41,246 nt of DNA. Source: Sulfolobales archaeon (lineage in GTDB: Archaea > Thermoproteota > Thermoprotei_A > Sulfolobales > AG1). Shown piece by piece: positions 35,009 through 41,246 of this stretch. The position numbers were made by a program, and so were the translations under genes. Location of the stretch: contig JAWBYA010000010.1 in NCBI GenBank assembly GCA_038867615.1, positions 1-41,246 on the forward strand, given 5' to 3'. Position 1 is the first letter of the stretch; the number at the start of each line of letters is the position of its first letter. The notes beneath the pieces are model-generated. The model was not told where the DNA came from. It did no database searches and worked only from the letters and a program-made list of their open reading frames with translations.

Positions 35009-37686
35009 CCCTCAACACCTAAACATATCTTTTTATCCTTAGCGACCCCGAGTTTACCAACAACAACATCGTAGAGCTCTCCGAGTTTTTGCCTCAGCTC
35101 ATCCTCAGAATAGCAGCCGGGCTCTATCTTCTCAACAACCCCTTTCAGAGCCTCGAAACCGCTAACCCCACCCCCACTATTGCTAGGCGTTATCTGCAGC
35201 TGCTGCCCAGCCGCCTTTATAGGCCCGGGCGGCGGGGAACGCGGAGAAAGCGGAGAAACATTGATCGCTGTATCGCTTTTCAAAGATTTTGAATGATCAT
35301 CCAGATCGTTACTCTGCGATTGTTGAAGATCTTTAGAAGCCCCAGCTGTATCTATTGCTTCTCCGCTTTCTCCGCGTTCTCCACCGGTTTCCCCTATATT
35401 AGTGTTGATGCTGCTGCTCTGGTCCTCGGTTTCTTCTTTCGCTGATGCCCTACCTATAAATATCTCGATTAATTTTGATAGAGGTATTTTATAGCCTTTG
35501 AATTTCGTGCCCCCATCGCTGTAGCCTCCCTCGGGGGAGTCAAGGAACCGCCTAGGCGCTCCAGGACATAGGGGTCCCCTTGCCCTTATAACAACATGTG
35601 TATAGCCTGCTTCATAGTAGTCCCTAAGCTTTTTGTCCAGAGAATATAGCTCATTTTTAACATTCCGTGTAGATCCGCATAGTGGGTGGTAATCCTGTGG
35701 ATCCGGGTTTCCAACAGCCTTGCACATTATTCCCCTAAGCCTCAGGATCTCGTTGAGCTCCTCACCATCGCTCTTGCTATATGTGAATTTGATCCCATAT
35801 ACATTCGGGTTTTCAATGATCGATTCAAGCAGTCTTAGAGCTGTTATGTTCGTGTCTCCTAACAACCTTCTTGAGACTTCCAGAGCCCTCTCAACTAGAA
35901 GATCCTCGTCTGTTTTCAAAAATGTTTTTTCCCCGCTCCTCCAAATCTCCCACACATACTTCACAGCTTCTCTATATACCTTTAGATCTACATTATAGTC
36001 CTTCTCAAGCAGATCCAATAGCTTTAGCGTGAGCTCAATAATATTGCTTGTTTTAAGCAGTTCTTCTTTATGTCTCTTCCACACAGCATCGAGAATACCC
36101 AGTATCGACTTTATCCTTGGCAGATCCTCGAAAGCCGCTGGGTTTATCTTCTCCCAGATCCATTCGAGCTCGATAACCCTACGAGCTATTGCGTAGTCGC
36201 TTACCTCTTTATCAACTTCCCTCATAAACCTTGAGAAATGAACATTTGTAAATATTATCACACCCCGATAACTCCTAAACGTGTAGCCTATACCGCCGCC
36301 GTACCTAGCTGCGTGAACACCTATTATACCGCTCCCCACAGCAGCGCTCATGATAATATCAATATTGCTAATAAGAGCACTTTTCGTTTGCTCGTCAAGG
36401 ATCAATGGCATTCTGTTTAGCGATATCAAGTTACGTGCTTGCTCCGGTGTCCTCACAGCCCCTCTGATATAGACGAAGAGTTTGTTGTTGATATCATCGT
36501 TGATCCCCAGTAACGGTAGCAATATATATACAACTAGTGAGCTTTTTCCTTCCCCGCCCCGCCCAACATTCCAGATAAAGTTATCAACGAACGTTTTGTT
36601 GGTCATCCTCACGCTTGGGCTCAGAACCTTGGCCATAGCGAATGCGACATTAGCTAGGGCTAATCTCCTGTTATGCTCTGATTGATATGCCTTTTCAATC
36701 CACCTGGCGATATCCACAAGGGTATTAACACGCTCCGGATGCTCCCCAAGGTCTAGACCTACCCCCCTCGGATCTACTATACCTTCTGGCGTTATACCAG
36801 CATCTACATATCCATCTTCAACCTCGACGATCCTGCTGAGGATTTTCTGAAAATACGAGGTTGAGTACATGTTGAGGGGCACTACATATCGAACAGCTTC
36901 TCGATCCGCCAAGAGCTCAAGAAGTCCTCGGAGAGTTAAAGAGACCTCTATCACCTTCCCACCATCAAAAGCAGCAAATAAATATCCCGAGGGGTCTCGA
37001 ACCTTTTTTATGTGGGGCAGCACCGCGATCTCACCCCCTAACTTCACCCCCTTGGCATAGCTGAACATATATATCCTCAGAAGATCTCCTTCATCCTCTA
37101 TCACCGCCTCTTTCACACACCTCTCCTCCTCCCCGCTCCACACTGCGGTAAGACATATTCTTCTCCTCCCCTCCTCGGTCTTCTCCTCCTGCTCCTCCCT
37201 GTTCCTCTCCCTCATCTTCTCATTAAGATCATCGACATATCGATCCCAGTTCGCAGCCGCATTAACGATAAGCGTGGTGAAAACCTCTCTCCCACTCACA
37301 AATTTTCCATCGATATATACGTCCTTCCCAACGATCCCTTCGAAAACACTGCCCATCCCCTCGAAACACTTTTCGATCTTCTTGGATAGATCCTCATCCT
37401 TCTTCACCAAGCATATCACGGGTTTTGCAGTCTCCTCTATTAGATCCTTGAGCGCAAAGCCTGGGATGAGCTTGGCCTTTACAACCGTTATCTCCTCTCC
37501 GTTCTTCCCCTCTTTCCTTTCCCTCGACACCCAAATCTCAGCCAACGTCTCCCCACCCCTCGATATCTCGAAATAGATTCTCTTCCCATCACCGCTGATC
37601 CTCGGCGAGATCTTTATCGAAGCAGGCTTAGGTATTTCATCCGCTTTATTCTCCTCCACAGAGCCCTTCTTAACCTCGTCACCCAT
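35005..37686 (-). CDS. Putative replicative helicase, Cch/DUF927-like AAA+ ATPase
   Basis: GRGGEGKS Walker A, MPLILDE Walker B, IIFTN sensor, IARRVIEL Arg finger; primase operon. Confidence 0.7.
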   Translation of the reverse strand: MGDEVKKGSVEENKADEIPKPASIKISPRISGDGKRIYFEISRGGETLAEIWVSRERKEGKNGEEITVVKAKLIPGFALKDLIEETAKPVICLVKKDEDLSKKIEKCFEGMGSVFEGIVGKDVYIDGKFVSGREVFTTLIVNAAANWDRYVDDLNEKMRERNREEQEEKTEEGRRRICLTAVWSGEEERCVKEAVIEDEGDLLRIYMFSYAKGVKLGGEIAVLPHIKKVRDPSGYLFAAFDGGKVIEVSLTLRGLLELLADREAVRYVVPLNMYSTSYFQKILSRIVEVEDGYVDAGITPEGIVDPRGVGLDLGEHPERVNTLVDIARWIEKAYQSEHNRRLALANVAFAMAKVLSPSVRMTNKTFVDNFIWNVGRGGEGKSSLVVYILLPLLGINDDINNKLFVYIRGAVRTPEQARNLISLNRMPLILDEQTKSALISNIDIIMSAAVGSGIIGVHAARYGGGIGYTFRSYRGVIIFTNVHFSRFMREVDKEVSDYAIARRVIELEWIWEKINPAAFEDLPRIKSILGILDAVWKRHKEELLKTSNIIELTLKLLDLLEKDYNVDLKVYREAVKYVWEIWRSGEKTFLKTDEDLLVERALEVSRRLLGDTNITALRLLESIIENPNVYGIKFTYSKSDGEELNEILRLRGIMCKAVGNPDPQDYHPLCGSTRNVKNELYSLDKKLRDYYEAGYTHVVIRARGPLCPGAPRRFLDSPEGGYSDGGTKFKGYKIPLSKLIEIFIGRASAKEETEDQSSSINTNIGETGGERGESGEAIDTAGASKDLQQSQSNDLDDHSKSLKSDTAINVSPLSPRSPPPGPIKAAGQQLQITPSNSGGGVSGFEALKGVVEKIEPGCYSEDELRQKLGELYDVVVGKLGVAKDKKICLGVEG

Positions 37687-38014
37687 CTAGATCACCCCCG
37701 CGCTCTTGATCGATCAGAAGTACAAGATATCTCCTCGATCTACACGGATCCCAGTAATAGTATATAGCAGATCTGCAGTTTATCACCACCTCGTCCCCGA
37801 TCTCCGACCTTGACAAAGATTCATGCTCAACAGATACACCATGGATAACCAGGGAATCGCAGTCGTTCTCACCCCTGCATAGTAAGGCATTATAAACAGA
37901 GCCGATTCTCTTTAGATATACATATTTATAGATGATCTTCGAGATGTTGTTAAAGCTTATAAATCCCCTAGCGTTATCATTATTCGAAGATCTGATCCCA
38001 GCGGTGCCCGCCAT
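37679..38014 (-). CDS. Hypothetical protein
   Basis: Coupled to the helicase start. Confidence 0.6.
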   Translation of the reverse strand: MAGTAGIRSSNNDNARGFISFNNISKIIYKYVYLKRIGSVYNALLCRGENDCDSLVIHGVSVEHESLSRSEIGDEVVINCRSAIYYYWDPCRSRRYLVLLIDQERGGDLDG

Positions 38015-38026
38015 TTTTGATCGCCT

Positions 38027-38368
38027 CTAGTTCCTTTCCCGATCTTGATCTAGCAGAGGGGCTATCCATACATCCAAAGATCCGCAGTCTTTAATACTCC
38101 AAGCCATAGATCTGAATCTAGTCGGGATCTTGATCCTGTAGCTGCTCCCACCGATCCTCGTGAGTGTTGCTCTGAACACCGCTGTCGAACCATGGTAATT
38201 CTTGTCGACACAGCCACTAGCATCAACCCTAATCACAACCCTGACCCTGCGAAGGCCAGGATCCACGAGCTTCTTTGGAACATGGAAGTAGAATTCCAAA
38301 CCACTGTTTCTAACCTTATATTTTCCAAGATAGATTGCGGATAGAATTGCTGAGAACGTAGACACCAT
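38027..38368 (-). CDS. Possible tandem AbrB-like regulator heading the replication operon
   Basis: Two swapped-hairpin-like motifs, KVRNSGLEFYFHVPKK and TRIGGSSYRIKIPTR. Confidence 0.5.
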   Translation of the reverse strand: MVSTFSAILSAIYLGKYKVRNSGLEFYFHVPKKLVDPGLRRVRVVIRVDASGCVDKNYHGSTAVFRATLTRIGGSSYRIKIPTRFRSMAWSIKDCGSLDVWIAPLLDQDRERN

Positions 38369-38551
38369 CCTATCCCTCCTCTATATTCACTATAATACTG
38401 CGTTTGCTGGAATTTAAGCTCTACTTTCTTCTATTTTTTTCCAATTTTTTCTTAGATCTGTTATGGGGAAAGGAGATCTGTTCTGGACATAGGTTGAGCA
38501 AGTGTTCAAACATATAAACTTCCTAGCAGCAATAGTGTTGGGGTTGAGGGT

Positions 38552-39643
38552 ATGCCTGTGATCAAGTGCCGTGAGGAGGATGTGTTAGAGGTTCTGAGGA
38601 GATCCCTTAGAGAGGGCAGGACCATAACTAAGGACGAGCTTGTCAAGGAGCTGGTTAAGCGCTGCGGATACAGGGATGTGAGCGGTGCGTACAAGCTAAT
38701 CAAGAGGCTTGAGAAGAAAGGCATCCTGAAACACGCCCCAGGCTATGGATATACCGTCCCCTCAGAGGAGGAGAGTGGTCACGATAGGTTAATCATGCAG
38801 ACCCTAGCAATGCTTCTGGACATGGCTTGGGACATGGATTTCAACATCAATGCAAAGAAGAAGAGCTTGAAGGATTACTATGGTGAGAGAATACCGATCC
38901 TCGCTGTGAAAGAGCTCATGGGAAACGCCCTGCTTCACATCGCAACCAGCAGAGAGGATCTTGCTAAGGAGTTGAAAGAGATAGCCAGGCTCGGGCTCCT
39001 GGAGAAGTATGAGGATCTCCTCAAGAGGTGGAGGAAACTCCTGAGCGAGGTAGAGGATCTTGGAAGAAGTGTTTCGGAAGATGAGCACTTTTTCCTAGGC
39101 GAATTTATAGATGAGGCAGCGAAGATCCTCGAACTAGAGGAAGAGGCGGATGCCCGTCGCTACTATGAGATGGTGAAAAAACTGATAAAGAGTGTCGGCG
39201 GGAAGAGTAGGGTCAAGGAGGAATGTTACAGGGAGGTCGAGCGCTTCGAGGACAGGGAGATCCTCAAGCGACTCTGCGACAAGATAGATAAGCTAGATGA
39301 AATAGCCCCAAAACTCTCAGATATGGTGAAATTAGAACAGCTAGCCGTGGAGAGGGACAGGATAGAGAAAGAGCTTGAGGAGATAGCTGGCGTTCTGGGC
39401 AGGTTCTACAGAGTGCTGGTGGGTGGGATGAGGAGTTTCTACATAGATGCGATGGCTACGGGGCACACTAAAGGCTGGTGCAGAATCTGCGGGGGAGGGA
39501 TAGACCAAGAGCTATCACACTCAATAGAGAGCCTAATCAATTGGCTGGAGAACCGAGAGCCAGAGGAGATATCATATATGCTGGAGAAGTGGGATCCTAA
39601 GGGATATCAAAGGTCGCTGGAAGAGAAGCTAATGGTTTACTAA
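38552..39643 (+). CDS. N-terminal wHTH plus coiled-coil protein, putative regulator
   Basis: ITKDELVKEL...SGAYKLIKRLEKKGIL; long charged helices; CRIC. Confidence 0.7.
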   Translation: MPVIKCREEDVLEVLRRSLREGRTITKDELVKELVKRCGYRDVSGAYKLIKRLEKKGILKHAPGYGYTVPSEEESGHDRLIMQTLAMLLDMAWDMDFNINAKKKSLKDYYGERIPILAVKELMGNALLHIATSREDLAKELKEIARLGLLEKYEDLLKRWRKLLSEVEDLGRSVSEDEHFFLGEFIDEAAKILELEEEADARRYYEMVKKLIKSVGGKSRVKEECYREVERFEDREILKRLCDKIDKLDEIAPKLSDMVKLEQLAVERDRIEKELEEIAGVLGRFYRVLVGGMRSFYIDAMATGHTKGWCRICGGGIDQELSHSIESLINWLENREPEEISYMLEKWDPKGYQRSLEEKLMVY

Positions 39644-39700
39644 ATCATAGCCCCCTCTAAGGCATACCCTATAACCTCTTTTCTCTGCTCCACACCAGCA

Positions 39701-40981
39701 CTAGCCCAGCACCGATAGCCCAGCCCTGTCATATATATCTCTAAGCTCTTTAACGCCTATCGCTAGGTAGTGCCTAGCTAGTATCTGGAACTCCCTGGGG
39801 GGAACCCTGCCCTGGAGGAGATCTATTATCTGTCCTGGAACTCCCTTGATGCTTAGATAGCTTGCGAAGAAAGCCCTGAGATCGTATAGCCTGAATCTCT
39901 TGCCAAGGGTCTTCTCCATAGCATCGTATATAGATGCCCTCAGGGCAGAGTCCTTGAATGGGAATAGAAGGGATCTCCACTCAGAGACATCCCTAAGCAG
40001 GTTCCTAACCCTGGGCTCAACACTTTTAACGAATTCCTCTCTATATGGGAGGTAATGCTTTTCGAGATAGCTTTTCAGCCCCTCTGAGAAGAAGGCTATA
40101 TAGGATCTCTTTGTGTTGCCTATCCTCATTATCCTCAGCATCCTCTCACCAAGATCGAGATCCCCTAGCCTTGCATTCAAAACCTCCCCAGGCCTGAGCC
40201 CCGTCTCTGCTAGGAGTGCGTAGTAAGCCTTTGCAGGGATCCAATCTATAGCCTTTGCAACAGCTCTAACCGTTTCCAGGGTCAGGGGCTCGGAGGCCAT
40301 TTCATGCCCGCTTCTAGGGATTTTGAAGGCTGAATATAGATTTGGATCCCTCAGCACGTGCTTTATGAAAAGCTTTAGAGTTGATGCGACGTGCCTGGCG
40401 ACGTTGGGGCTCTCATCCCCAAGCTCTTCTATATATTCCCCGAGCCTCTCTGGGGATAGCTCCCAACCGAGGTCGTTGAGAGCCTTTCTAAGATATCTAT
40501 TCCTATCATTCCTCGTCTTCGGAGCCCTTGACATCAGGATCTTATCGAAGGCATCCAAATGATCCTTGGTGATTGCCACGCTATATCCCCTCCTACCGAG
40601 GAGACCCAACACCCTCTGAATAGCCACGCCAGACAGCTGTGGATATCTATTGACAAGGGCCTCCAAACCCATCAAAAGCTGGTCAAGCATGGAGAGAGCC
40701 TCAGAAAGATCCCTAGGCTCCCAGGAAAGCCTCTGGATAGACCGATCCAAAGCCTGTGAACCGCTTACAAGCGATGCGAACTCATCCAGGGAGAGCATTC
40801 TGAGCATCCTCTCAAGCAGGGCATCAGATACCCTCGCCCTCCTATTCCTAACCTTATTAGCATATGTAGGATCTATACCCAGGTCAGAGCTCCTAACACC
40901 CCTCTCCCAGAGATAGTCAAAGATCCTATACCTAGCATCGTCGCCAACACCCCTGAGATCGACAAGGTTCGGATCTACCAA
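39701..40981 (-). CDS. int: pNOB8-type tyrosine integrase
   Basis: ETGLRPGE, YDLRAFFASY (YxxR), LLQGR, ARHY; N-terminal HTH; adjacent to att; TTG 40981 after GGTGG. Confidence 0.93.
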   Translation of the reverse strand: MVDPNLVDLRGVGDDARYRIFDYLWERGVRSSDLGIDPTYANKVRNRRARVSDALLERMLRMLSLDEFASLVSGSQALDRSIQRLSWEPRDLSEALSMLDQLLMGLEALVNRYPQLSGVAIQRVLGLLGRRGYSVAITKDHLDAFDKILMSRAPKTRNDRNRYLRKALNDLGWELSPERLGEYIEELGDESPNVARHVASTLKLFIKHVLRDPNLYSAFKIPRSGHEMASEPLTLETVRAVAKAIDWIPAKAYYALLAETGLRPGEVLNARLGDLDLGERMLRIMRIGNTKRSYIAFFSEGLKSYLEKHYLPYREEFVKSVEPRVRNLLRDVSEWRSLLFPFKDSALRASIYDAMEKTLGKRFRLYDLRAFFASYLSIKGVPGQIIDLLQGRVPPREFQILARHYLAIGVKELRDIYDRAGLSVLG

Positions 40982-41021
40982 ACAAACCACCAGAAATAAT
41001 ATACAAGCAGGTTTATAAGCC

Positions 41022-41078
41022 GATATGAAAGCCGATATGAAAATTTGATATGAATGCTGATATGAAAACCGATATGGA
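41022..41078 (+). repeat. Five tandem GATATG(A/G)A repeats, 12-13 bp period, between int and att
   Basis: Copies at 41022, 41034, 41047, 41059, 41071. Confidence 0.75.
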
Positions 41079-41105
41079 ATCTGGATCAAAGGGATCGGAT
41101 CTTTA

Positions 41106-41227
41106 AGAAGATCCCGAGGATCAAAGAGGATCCCGAGGATCTTTTATTTATAAATGAGGATCTTTAGGTGTGAAGATCTTGGTGCGGCGGCCGGGATTTG
41201 AACCCGGGATTTCCGGCGTGGCAGGCC
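41106..41227 (+). repeat. Right att direct repeat
   Basis: Identical to 1..122. Confidence 0.95.
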
Positions 41228-41246
41228 GGCGTCCTAGACCAGGCTA
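41180..41246 (-). tRNA. tRNA-Gly: tRNA-Gly(GCC), 5' end cut off by the window edge, CCA encoded
   Basis: Reverse complement TAGCCTGGTCTAGGACGCCGGC-CT-GCC-AC-GCCGGAAATCCCGGGTTCAAATCCCGGCCGCCGCACCA shows D arm, anticodon stem CCGGC/GCCGG, GTTCAAATC T loop and CCA. Confidence 0.95.

Larger units (their letters stand above)
75..41227. mobile_element. Integrative conjugative element / integrated pNOB8-like plasmid in tRNA-Gly
   Basis: Bounded by a duplicated tRNA-Gly 3' half; integrase adjacent to the right att; contains VirB4/VirD4-like ATPases, pilin, primase and helicase. Confidence 0.92.

Noticed and set aside
40982-41089. N-terminal extension of the integrase in the ORF track
   Set aside because: It translates the GATATGAA repeats; a better SD-preceded start exists at 40981
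39701-41227. SSV-type split integrase
   Set aside because: att lies outside an intact int gene
1-41246. Provirus
   Set aside because: No recognisable capsid or packaging genes; the ATPases are VirB4/VirD4-like

Overview
The window is essentially one ~41 kb integrative, probably conjugative element of a hyperthermophilic crenarchaeon (host inferred from codon style, TATA/GGTGA signals and gene families). It is inserted in the 3' half of a tRNA-Gly(GCC) gene and flanked by a direct repeat of at least 122 bp (1..122 = 41106..41227). It encodes: a pNOB8-type tyrosine integrase; a replication module (AEP primase fused to a PriX-like domain, wHTH, Cch/DUF927-like helicase); a T4SS-like transfer module (VirB4, VirD4-like ATPase with C-terminal wHTH plus PD-(D/E)xK domain, VirB6-like, PrgI/VirB3-like and VirB2-like pilin proteins); a second small tyrosine recombinase beside a ~1 kb repeat-rich non-coding region and an Hfq-like gene; a TadZ/MinD-like plus type IV pilin pair; and defence or cargo genes (type IIG RM, DprA-PRTase fusion, Panacea-like plus Clp-fold protease, PD-(D/E)xK nuclease, CuA cupredoxin). 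The most unusual points are an RHH DNA-binding domain fused in frame to the conjugative pilin, pilin-like repeats in the VirB6-like protein, and no recognisable HUH relaxase but two plausible substitutes. All calls are by eye from motifs; no database searches were run.
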